The notes beneath the pieces were generated by a model. That model made no database searches. It was given only the letters and a program-made list of their open reading frames with translations, and was not told where the DNA came from. 38,298 nt of DNA from an uncultured bacterium (GTDB taxonomy: Bacteria > Patescibacteriota > Minisyncoccia > Phycocordibacterales > UBA9973), in NCBI GenBank assembly GCA_903834665.1, contig CAILJY010000053.1, positions 1-38,298 of the forward strand. Reading direction: 5' to 3'. Of this stretch, positions 26,249 through 34,242 are shown in pieces. The stretch's first letter is position 1; the number at the start of each line of letters is the position of its first letter. The position numbers and the translations under genes were made by a program.

Positions 26249-26946
26249 CGCCGGATTATTGGCGTCAATTGGATATGTTTGATCCTCAAACCTTTACCAC
26301 CCCAGTGCATATCATAGGGGTCGGTGCTACAGGTAGCTGGGTAGCCTTCATCTTAGCGAAGATGGGGGTAAAAAACATCATCGTATGGGACTTCGATATA
26401 GTGGAAGTCCACAACTTGCCAAATCAGATTTATGGTTTGCAGGAAGTGGGGCTTCTGAAAGTTGAGGCCCTAAAGAAAATTATCCTTCGGGATTGTGGAA
26501 TCGAAATCGAGGCGAAAGTCGAGAAAGTAGATGGATCTCAAAAATTAGAAGGTATCGTGTACATTTGTACTGATACCATGTCATCAAGAAAGGAAATATG
26601 GCTTAATAGCTTGAAGTACCAACTTGATGTCAATCTAGTTATTGAAACTCGTTTGGGAGCAGAGCTCGGCACAATTTATTGTGTTAGGCCACTTGACCCA
26701 ACCGATGTCAGAGAGTATGAAAACACATTGTATGATGACAATGAGGCTGAGGAATCACCCTGCAGTTATCGTGCAATACCAACAGTAGTAAGTATTATTG
26801 CAGGCCTCGCTAGCCACAAGCTGGTGAAGTTTGCAGCAAACAGTGATCTGCAGCCGGTGATAAGACTTCATGAAAATGAAAGTCATTCATCATACGAAAT
26901 GCTTTGCATCCGCCCGATTGTGGCTACAGCCCATGGGTGGAAATAA
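26233..26946 (+). CDS. minimal ThiF/MoeB-type E1-like adenylyltransferase
   Basis: Rossmann GxGxxG (IIGVGATGSW, DNA 26317-26334), DFDIVEVHNLPNQ (the ThiF D-x-D...NL-x-x-Q motif), and a candidate crossover-loop Cys in ESPCSY. The start overlaps the JAB stop by 16 nt, suggesting translational coupling. Confidence 0.8.
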   Translation: MENGLTPDYWRQLDMFDPQTFTTPVHIIGVGATGSWVAFILAKMGVKNIIVWDFDIVEVHNLPNQIYGLQEVGLLKVEALKKIILRDCGIEIEAKVEKVDGSQKLEGIVYICTDTMSSRKEIWLNSLKYQLDVNLVIETRLGAELGTIYCVRPLDPTDVREYENTLYDDNEAEESPCSYRAIPTVVSIIAGLASHKLVKFAANSDLQPVIRLHENESHSSYEMLCIRPIVATAHGWK

Positions 26947-26995
26947 AAAAAAATTAAAAATAAACATTTTTTCAAATTTTTTAAAAACTCAGACA

Positions 26996-27676
26996 ATGGC
27001 AAATTTGAATTTAACCGTCGGGAAAGTCCCGGGAACGGTAAAACAAATCACGATCAATGAACCTGCTACAGTTTTAACAGCGATGCAAACAGCAGCAAGT
27101 GTTTGTGGATTTTCCTTTTCAAAGGACCCGTATTCAGCCAACGGGAAAGACATGGTTGATGTTCCGTTCCTTAACGGTCGCGAACTCGCGGTCCGTGAGG
27201 GGGACAAGATCACTGAAGTTCTCTGGGATACGGAAGTAACCGATGGTGACATTGTGTTGCTGGTCCCAAAAATACGGGGCAATCAATTCTTGGTTACCGT
27301 GGCCAAAGTGCCTGGTGAGAAACACACAATTGCCTTACTTCATGCTTCCGAACCTGAGGCAACCGAAGACGACGGGACTGTGACCAATGCTATACAGGTC
27401 GCCGGACTGGAGTTTGATCCTGAGTTCGAGGAGATTACAGTGAATGGCGAAGAATCTAATACAGAAACCGTTTTGACTGATGGTGACGAAGTTGTGATTA
27501 TGGAAAAGGTTTCCGTGAGCACCTCAGAGTTATTTGAGGAAAAATCGGAGTATGATGAGCCAGAAAATAATTACGGCGAGCCGGAACCAAAAAAATACTT
27601 CACCGTGTTTAAAAATGGAACATTTAAAGTAAGGGTTGCCCGGGACTACACAAGGATATTGATTATCCTGAGGTAA
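26996..27676 (+). CDS. tandem double beta-grasp (ubiquitin-like) protein with acidic linker and basic/hydrophobic tail
   Basis: Internal duplication is visible: LTVGKVPG...TDGDIVLLV (aa 6-90) versus VTVAKVPG...TDGDEVVIM (aa 100-169). ITVNGE...VLTDGDEVVI is ThiS/MoaD-like. The start is set at MANLNL (ATG 26996); the track's upstream extension overlaps the E1 gene. Confidence 0.65.
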   Translation: MANLNLTVGKVPGTVKQITINEPATVLTAMQTAASVCGFSFSKDPYSANGKDMVDVPFLNGRELAVREGDKITEVLWDTEVTDGDIVLLVPKIRGNQFLVTVAKVPGEKHTIALLHASEPEATEDDGTVTNAIQVAGLEFDPEFEEITVNGEESNTETVLTDGDEVVIMEKVSVSTSELFEEKSEYDEPENNYGEPEPKKYFTVFKNGTFKVRVARDYTRILIILR

Positions 27677-28127
27677 AATAATTTTTTTCGCCGTTAAATT
27701 AAAAAGTTAGCAAATAGCTGACTTTCAGGGAGTTTCTTTATTCTCCCATTCTGCTAACAGCAGACTTCGAATAAAATATAGCGAATTGGACACCGTAAGT
27801 CAGTTGGAGCGGGAACTCTAAGTTGATAATGGTGCTCGAGCATGCAGGAAGTGTATGTATGAGGGGTTATGGGTTAAAAAACATAATAATGCCGAATATA
27901 AATTAAGACTTTATTCGGCATCCTTGTTGAGTTCATAAAATATTTTTAGCCATTTAATTTATGAATTCATAGGGATATTCCCTAGCTTTTCTTTATAAAA
28001 AATAAAGAGGAGAGAGAGCAGGGTGATAAAGAGATTTATCACTTTTGCCGAGCGAATAAATTTATTTGTCCGTTCGGTAAAAGTTTGTTCTTTATAAATT
28101 TTCATTAAAAAAAGAAAGGAGAGAGTA

Positions 28128-28394
28128 ATGAAAAAAGTTTACGACTTAGATCGCATTTCAATATCACTTGAAGTTTATAACGTATGGAAAAAATATGTAG
28201 TTGTAAAAGTTGTTGAGTGGTATGAAAAATCGGGTAGATTAAAAGGGATAGATATTTCTCAAATACCAGATGAGCAATTTCGAGAGCTCGAAAATGGTGA
28301 TGGAGAGATATTCCTAATGATGCCTGATAAAGTTGAGATTGTACTTCATGTTCCAAAAGGGCACTGGGGTCCAATCGAGATAATTGAGAACTAA
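28128..28394 (+). CDS. small hypothetical protein (88 aa)
   Basis: Preceded by AAAGGAGAGAGTA-ATG, a strong SD that is also a copy of the island's GGAGAGAG motif. Followed by hairpin GTGGCAAGA-TTTAT-CTTGCCAC (28404-28425). Confidence 0.5.
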   Translation: MKKVYDLDRISISLEVYNVWKKYVVVKVVEWYEKSGRLKGIDISQIPDEQFRELENGDGEIFLMMPDKVEIVLHVPKGHWGPIEIIEN

Positions 28395-28421
28395 GAAAAT
28401 ATTGTGGCAAGATTTATCTTG

Positions 28422-28576
28422 CCACCATAATTTTGTCGATTAATATTTGAAGACGTCGTAATAAATTATTACACTGTAATAATTTATGAAATCTCTCTCC
28501 TCGTCTCGTAAAGAAATTAATTATAATTTCCACGGGATTGCGATTAATTGAAAATTAATCGACAGAATTATGGTGG
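28422..28576. repeat. 155-bp element bounded by 23-bp inverted repeats (MITE-like / structured RNA)
   Basis: CCACCATAATTTTGTCGATTAAT (28422-28444) matches the reverse complement of 28554-28576 at 22/23. The interior holds three hairpins and an inverted GGAGAGAG motif at 28493-28500. Confidence 0.45.
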
Positions 28577-28584
28577 TAAAGAAA

Positions 28585-28612
28585 CAGCCCCGCGACGAGA
28601 GTCGCGGGGCTG
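28585..28612. terminator. GC-rich hairpin CAGCCCCGCGAC-GAGA-GTCGCGGGGCTG (likely clpP terminator)
   Basis: 12-bp GC-rich stem 100 nt downstream of the clpP stop. A near-identical copy lies at 32162-32190. Confidence 0.6.
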
Positions 28613-28711
28613 TTTGTGTATTTAGTATTTTTTCACATCATCGAGGAGCGTATGAACATGTAATGATGCTTATAACGTCCGAGAGAAGATGGGATAAGGA
28701 ATTAATCTTCC

Positions 28712-29302
28712 TTATTTTTCGATTTTTTGTTTGGAAATTATATCATCAATAATTCCGTACTTTTTAGCTTCATCACTCGTCATCCAATAATCACGGTCAG
28801 AATCTTTTTCTACTTGGTCAATTTTTTTATTGGTATTTGCAGCTAAAATTTTATTGAGAGTATCTTTCGTGCGGAGAATATGTTTTGCATTGATTGCAAT
28901 ATCACTTGCTTGGCCTTCAGTGCCACCCATTACTTGGTGAATCATAACTTCGGAATTGGGCAAAGAAAATCTTTTGCCCTTTTTCCCAGATGAAAGGATG
29001 AGTGCTCCCATTGAAGCGGCAATCCCCACGCAGATAGTAGACACGTCACTTTTTATAAAATTCATCGTATCAATAATTGCGAGTCCGGCAGTTACGGAGC
29101 CTCCAGGAGAATTTATATAAAGATAGACATCTTTTTTGGAATCGGTATGATCCAAATAAAGAAGTTGAGCAATAACTAAGTTGGCAACGTGGTCATCTAT
29201 TGGACCTCCAAGGAAAATGATTCTTTCATTTAAAAGACGAGAGTATATATCATATGCTCTTTCGCCAAATTGTGATTTTTCTATAACGGTTGGGATTAAC
29301 AT
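28712..29302 (-). CDS. clpP: ATP-dependent Clp protease proteolytic subunit
   Basis: 196 aa; [26 protein letters not shown] (catalytic Ser), MIHQ (His) and DRDYWM are ClpP signatures. Confidence 0.95.
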   Translation of the reverse strand: MLIPTVIEKSQFGERAYDIYSRLLNERIIFLGGPIDDHVANLVIAQLLYLDHTDSKKDVYLYINSPGGSVTAGLAIIDTMNFIKSDVSTICVGIAASMGALILSSGKKGKRFSLPNSEVMIHQVMGGTEGQASDIAINAKHILRTKDTLNKILAANTNKKIDQVEKDSDRDYWMTSDEAKKYGIIDDIISKQKIEK

Positions 29303-29310
29303 AGTTTTAA

Positions 29311-29345
29311 TAAGTAGTTAGTAGTAAGTAGCAAGTAGTAAGGTA
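29311..29345. repeat. five tandem heptamers (T/C)(A/T)AGTAG in the clpP 5' UTR
   Basis: TAAGTAG TTAGTAG TAAGTAG CAAGTAG TAAGGTA, starting 9 nt upstream of the clpP start codon. Confidence 0.6.
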
Positions 29346-29604
29346 ATCGACAGGCATAGTATAACAAAATAAGGGTTTTTGGGATATACTTGACAATTGA
29401 CATAAAATATGCTATTGTCTGCACAGAAAGTTCTTTAAAATTTTCTCGGGTAAAGTAAGACTCCATTAAGGTTTTGCAACAAGAATAACTAACTTGTTAG
29501 ATTAAATAGTTTGCGGTGACAGGTAATCTGAAATAGTCCGAATAGGCTTGATTGGACAATAAGCAGTTTGGTTTGATAAAAATCATGCGTAACAAGTCAA
29601 AAAA

Positions 29605-30156
29605 ATGAAAACTTTAATTTATAAGGGGTTTGGATTCGACAACGAAGAAGTACTTATCTTTAAGATTCTTGTTGAGAAGAGTCTTTATGGAATGTTAAAA
29701 GTAGAAATTTCCTCAAATTTGCCCTTTAAAAAGGATGATTTTTTAAGTCATTATAATTCAGTGCAAGAAGAAACTAAATCTATTCTCCATTTGGCGGGTT
29801 CAATTAGCTCTGGATTTATGGGTATAATAACTGAAAGATTGATAAATTATTCTTGGGATTCTGTCAATATAAAGGAGGAATATTTTTTCTGCAAGAGTAT
29901 CACTTATAAAGATATAATTCCAGAAGACTTACCAGACAAATCTCCATGTTTAGGTTTTGCCCGTTGTGAGAAAATGGAAGTTGCTATTTCTTTAATAAAA
30001 GAAATAGTTTCTATTTATAGAAAATTTTGGAGAGAACAGAAGAACGAATATAATACCCTGGTTTCTCAATTGGAGGACTTAAACATCAAAAATTTTATTG
30101 GGGAAGAAGTTGAGATTGAGGTAACTATATCTCAAACCGTTAAATTAAAAAAATAA
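29605..30156 (+). CDS. hypothetical protein
   Basis: 183-aa ORF on the opposite strand between tig and clpP. No motif recognised. Confidence 0.5.
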   Translation: MKTLIYKGFGFDNEEVLIFKILVEKSLYGMLKVEISSNLPFKKDDFLSHYNSVQEETKSILHLAGSISSGFMGIITERLINYSWDSVNIKEEYFFCKSITYKDIIPEDLPDKSPCLGFARCEKMEVAISLIKEIVSIYRKFWREQKNEYNTLVSQLEDLNIKNFIGEEVEIEVTISQTVKLKK

Positions 30157-30210
30157 CGGGGAAAATATAAAAAAAGAGCCGGACGAAATTTTTCGTCCGG
30201 CTCAATTTGT

Positions 30211-31296
30211 TTATTGTGTTTCTAAGAATTTAAATACTTTTTCGTTTTCTAACATTTGTTCCACATAAGCGCGAGCACGGAGAGGGTCTGCATCTTTATA
30301 CATTGCAGTAATTTGTGTTACATCTTTTTCTATTTCTTCTTCTGTTGGAGCGAGGTTCTCTTTTTCGGAAATATTATGGATGATCATTTGTAGTTTCGCA
30401 CGTTTCTCTGCTTCGGATCTCCATTCTTTTCTTAAATCTTCTTCTGTTTTTCCGATTTGTTTTAAATAGTCCTCGACTTTCAATCCAGCATTAGTGATAT
30501 CGGCTTGGAGTCTGTACATTATTTTATCTGTTTCACTTTGGATTAAAATTTCTGGAATTTCTCCCTCGGTTTGTTTCACAAGCTCTTCAACAATCAAAAG
30601 ACGAAGTTTATCTTTCTCAACAGTTTCTTTTTCTATCTTCATATTACTTTTTATTTTTTCTCGAAGTTCATCGGCTGTTTTGAAATCACCAAAACTTTTT
30701 GCAAAATTATCATCAAATAAAGGATAGTCACTCTCAGGAATTTCTTTAACTTCTTCATGAGCTTTTTCGTGTTCTTCCTCATTCATATTTTCGTGTCCAG
30801 CATGATCTCCTCCACGAGCTTGCTCGGCTCTCATTTTACGTAATTCAAGAATTGTTTTTTCTACTTCAGCCTCATCAACTACAATTTCTTTTTTATTTTC
30901 TTCTTTTCCATTTTCAGTTTTAGCAATTTTTTTATAATCACCTAGTTTCATTTCAGGCATTACTGCAGTAATTATTTTAAATTCTAAGTCGGATCCTTTC
31001 GCGATTTTAGTTATAGATATTTGTGGACGACCAATAGCGTCAATCTTATTCTCTTCTAAAATTTTTATATAATTTTCTTGTAATGCACTTTCTGCCATTT
31101 CTTCGAGTAATTGCATCTCTTGTACGTTTTCTTTCACAATAGAGGCAGGAGCTTTACCTGTACGGAAACCAGGGAGTTCCATCCTTTCGCCTATTCTCTC
31201 TAAAGCTTTTCCTTCATATTTTTCAAACTCGGTTACTTCTAAAACGCCAGTAATTTCTATTTCACTTTTCTCTAGTTTTTTTATTGTTGTTTTCAT
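30211..31296 (-). CDS. tig: trigger factor lacking the PPIase domain
   Basis: The N-terminal ribosome-binding signature PGFRTGKAP and C-terminal arm regions are present. The FKBP-type PPIase module is replaced by a His/Glu-rich linker of about 30 aa (GGDHAGHENMNEEEHEKAHEE). Confidence 0.85.
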   Translation of the reverse strand: MKTTIKKLEKSEIEITGVLEVTEFEKYEGKALERIGERMELPGFRTGKAPASIVKENVQEMQLLEEMAESALQENYIKILEENKIDAIGRPQISITKIAKGSDLEFKIITAVMPEMKLGDYKKIAKTENGKEENKKEIVVDEAEVEKTILELRKMRAEQARGGDHAGHENMNEEEHEKAHEEVKEIPESDYPLFDDNFAKSFGDFKTADELREKIKSNMKIEKETVEKDKLRLLIVEELVKQTEGEIPEILIQSETDKIMYRLQADITNAGLKVEDYLKQIGKTEEDLRKEWRSEAEKRAKLQMIIHNISEKENLAPTEEEIEKDVTQITAMYKDADPLRARAYVEQMLENEKVFKFLETQ

Positions 31297-31471
31297 ATTG
31301 AGTTTATCTTATATTGATAAAGCATTTTTGTCAAAATAGTTTATATTATTTATTTAGATAGACCCTTTCTGAATTTATTGACAGTCTGTATGAGAGAGAG
31401 GTAAAATGATGGTATTAGAAAAGTTTACATTATTAACTATCTGCCTAACGGTAGATTAACTTAAAAAATTT

Positions 31472-32068
31472 ATGAAGGAAGAATTAGGGAAAAAAGTTAC
31501 ACCTGAAGATGTTAGTACTAGTATTGAAGATTCTAAGGAAATTAAAGAAGAAGAAATAATTTCTATTATGGATAAAAAAGAAGTAGCTGAATTAGAATTT
31601 AATAAATTGAGTAAACATGAAAAAGTTTCAAGACTTTTAGGGGAAAATACAGGATTAGTTAATTTAAAAGATTTAAAAATAAAATGGATAAATAGACATA
31701 ATGCTCGTGGTAGTATGGGGGATGGAGAAATAGTTTATGTTGGAGATAAAAGTTATGGCTCTAATCAAATAGTAGGCAGTGGGAAAAACCCTAATTGGGA
31801 ATGGCACGGAGATGGAACTAGAGCGGGACTAGAAATAGAAAACGGGAATTTAGTTATAGATCAAGTTCCATCTAAAACAACCAGTGTAAGAAAAATATTA
31901 TTATTAGATGATAATGGAAGAATAAAAGGGGAAGAAGATAATATTGAATTACCACACACTAAAACAATTTTGTGTAACATAGAAGATATTTTATCTATTG
32001 ATACAAACATTGATAATGGTGAATATTATGATGATGGTGCTCAAATTTTTCACACATCTTTTGAATAA
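31472..32068 (+). CDS. hypothetical protein
   Basis: 198-aa ORF; no motif recognised. Confidence 0.5.
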   Translation: MKEELGKKVTPEDVSTSIEDSKEIKEEEIISIMDKKEVAELEFNKLSKHEKVSRLLGENTGLVNLKDLKIKWINRHNARGSMGDGEIVYVGDKSYGSNQIVGSGKNPNWEWHGDGTRAGLEIENGNLVIDQVPSKTTSVRKILLLDDNGRIKGEEDNIELPHTKTILCNIEDILSIDTNIDNGEYYDDGAQIFHTSFE

Positions 32069-32123
32069 TTAAATTTAAATAATATTAAAAAATCCCTCGC
32101 TTGAGGGCTTTTTTAATTAGAAG

Positions 32124-32152
32124 AATCTTTGGAAGTTGGACTTCCAAAGATT
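32124..32152. repeat. REP-like palindrome (variant core GGAAGTTGGACTTCC)
   Basis: AATCTTTGGAAGTT-G-GACTTCCAAAGATT. It shares the GGAAGT(C/T)-N-GACTTCC core with the REPs at 35.7-36.7 kb. Confidence 0.6.
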
Positions 32153-32161
32153 GGTTTAAAA

Positions 32162-32190
32162 ATAGCCCCGCGACGAAAGTCGCGGGGCTA
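32162..32190. terminator. GC-rich hairpin ATAGCCCCGCGAC-GAAA-GTCGCGGGGCTAT plus T-run (bidirectional; hppA terminator)
   Basis: Near-identical to the 28585-28612 hairpin. It sits between convergent genes. Confidence 0.7.
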
Positions 32191-32205
32191 TTTTTTATTT
32201 AACTT

Positions 32206-34242
32206 CTAAAACCAAAATGTTACTAAAAGAGGAACAAGAATCAAAGCGATGATGTTTAAGATTTTAATCATTGGATTGATAGCTGGCCCTGCAGTATCTT
32301 TATAAGGGTCACCAACTGTGTCCCCTGTAACAGCGGCTTTGTGAGCATCAGATCCTTTACCACCAAAGTTTCCAAGTTCAATATATTTTTTGGCATTGTC
32401 CCATGCTCCTCCACCTGAGGTCATAGATATTGCGAGGAATATTCCCGTTACGATTGATCCGACAAGTAAACCTCCAAGAGCTTCAGGTCCAAGAATGAAT
32501 CCAACGAGTATTGGAGTAACAACAGGGATAAGAGCTGGAAGAATCATTTGTTTGATTGCACCAGTTGTAACTATATCTACACAAGTTTCATAATCAGGCT
32601 TACCTGTTCCATCCATTATTCCTTTTATTTCTCTAAATTGTCGGCGAACTTCTTCAACAACTTTTCCTGCGGCTTTACCTACAGCTTCCATACATAATGC
32701 ACCGAAGTAGTAAGGAAGTAATCCTCCAATCAAAAGTCCAACAATAACCAATGGGTTTCCTAAATCGAAATTTAATTTATGACCTAGATCTGCAAATTCT
32801 TGTGTGTAAGAAGAGAAGAGTACGAGCGCGGCAAGACCAGCTGAACCAATTGCATAACCTTTTGTCACAGCTTTAGTTGTATTTCCAACAGCATCAAGTG
32901 GGTCGGTTACATCACGAACACTTTTAGGTAAATTAGCCATTTCAGCAATACCACCAGCATTGTCTGTTATTGGACCAAAAGAATCAATAGCAACAATTAT
33001 TCCAGTAAGTGAAAGCATTGCCATTGCTGCGACTGCAACACCATATAATTCTCCAAAATAATATGAAGCCAAAATTCCCCCTACAATAGAAAGAAGAGGA
33101 AGAGCAGTTGATTTCATTGAGATTGCTAATCCTTGGATAACATTTGTTCCATGGCCTGATTGTGAAGCGGAAGCAATTGATTTTACGGGATAATATTTTG
33201 TAGAAGTATAATATTCTGTAATAACAATAATAAGTGCAGTTACAATTATTCCAACTAAGGCACTCATATATAAAGCTCCAACTGAGTAAGTTGTTTGTCC
33301 TTGCATTAACCATTTTGTGATTGGATAAAATCCAATTGCAGAAAGTATTGCAGAAACTGTGAGGCCTTTGTAAAGTGCACCCATAATATTTTTATTTTTT
33401 CCAAGACGGACGAACCATGTACCAATGATTGTAGAAATTATAGATACTCCACCAATAGCAAGAGGATAAATAATTGCATTATCAAAACCCGAAAATACTA
33501 GTGATCCAAGAAGCATAGTTGCAACAGATGTCACAGCGTAAGTTTCAAATAAATCAGCGGCCATTCCAGCACAGTCTCCAACATTATCTCCGACATTATC
33601 TGCAATAACTGCAGGATTACGAGGATCATCTTCTGGAATTCCAGCTTCAACTTTACCAACAAGATCAGCTCCGACATCAGCAGCTTTTGTAAATATTCCA
33701 CCACCAAGACGAGCAAAAACGGAAATCAAACTTGCTCCGAATGATAGACCGACAAGGGATCGGACAGCACCTGCGCCTACAAATTTAGTCGCAATTATAT
33801 AAAATAAAGTTACTCCTAAAAGGGCAAGACCGACGACGAGAAGCCCAGTAACGGAACCTCCTTTGAAAGCAAGAGAAAGAGCTTCTTTTAATCCTTTTTT
33901 AGCTTCTTCTGTTGTGCGAACATTTGCACGAACTGAAACATTCATACCGATGTATCCAGCGAGAGCTGAAAGTATTGCTCCAACCAAGAAACTAATTGCC
34001 ATCATCCACCCAAGCATTGGTATGAAACCAATGATTAAAAATAAACCGAGAGCAATGACACCAATAGTTTTGTATTGACGATTTAGGTATGCTTTTGCTC
34101 CAAGCTGGATAGCAAGAGCGATAGCTCTCATCTTTTCATCACCAGAACCTTTACTCATTACTACTTTAATAAGAAACAAACCGTATAAGATTGCTATAAC
34201 TGAAGAAATAAGAGCAAAAATAATAAATGGATTCATATACAT
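32206..34242 (-). CDS. hppA: membrane-bound proton/sodium-translocating pyrophosphatase
   Basis: 678-aa polytopic protein with [33 protein letters not shown] and [12 protein letters not shown] signatures. Confidence 0.95.
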   Translation of the reverse strand: MYMNPFIIFALISSVIAILYGLFLIKVVMSKGSGDEKMRAIALAIQLGAKAYLNRQYKTIGVIALGLFLIIGFIPMLGWMMAISFLVGAILSALAGYIGMNVSVRANVRTTEEAKKGLKEALSLAFKGGSVTGLLVVGLALLGVTLFYIIATKFVGAGAVRSLVGLSFGASLISVFARLGGGIFTKAADVGADLVGKVEAGIPEDDPRNPAVIADNVGDNVGDCAGMAADLFETYAVTSVATMLLGSLVFSGFDNAIIYPLAIGGVSIISTIIGTWFVRLGKNKNIMGALYKGLTVSAILSAIGFYPITKWLMQGQTTYSVGALYMSALVGIIVTALIIVITEYYTSTKYYPVKSIASASQSGHGTNVIQGLAISMKSTALPLLSIVGGILASYYFGELYGVAVAAMAMLSLTGIIVAIDSFGPITDNAGGIAEMANLPKSVRDVTDPLDAVGNTTKAVTKGYAIGSAGLAALVLFSSYTQEFADLGHKLNFDLGNPLVIVGLLIGGLLPYYFGALCMEAVGKAAGKVVEEVRRQFREIKGIMDGTGKPDYETCVDIVTTGAIKQMILPALIPVVTPILVGFILGPEALGGLLVGSIVTGIFLAISMTSGGGAWDNAKKYIELGNFGGKGSDAHKAAVTGDTVGDPYKDTAGPAINPMIKILNIIALILVPLLVTFWF

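Noticed and set aside
26870-26995. Upstream extension of the Ubl ORF (MKMKVIHHTKCF...).
   Set aside because: It overlaps the 3' end of the E1 gene in another frame and then crosses the AT-rich spacer. The beta-grasp repeat begins right at MANLNL (26996).
24396-27676. Interpretation as a thiamine/molybdopterin sulfur-carrier module (ThiF-ThiS / MoeB-MoaD), or as type II CBASS.
   Set aside because: No thiG/thiH/moaE-type partners are present, and the cassette has an E2-type Cys protein and a JAB peptidase, which argues against simple sulfur transfer. No CD-NTase/cyclase or effector gene, and no E1-E2 fusion, are present, so it does not fit CBASS Cap2/Cap3.
28105-28410. 101-aa minus-strand ORF overlapping the 88-aa + ORF.
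   Set aside because: The + strand ORF has a strong SD at correct spacing, a terminator and a balanced charged composition. The minus ORF has none of these. Still, neither is verified.
28570-28752. 60-aa + strand ORF.
   Set aside because: It spans the GC-rich terminator hairpin and runs into the 3' end of clpP on the opposite strand.
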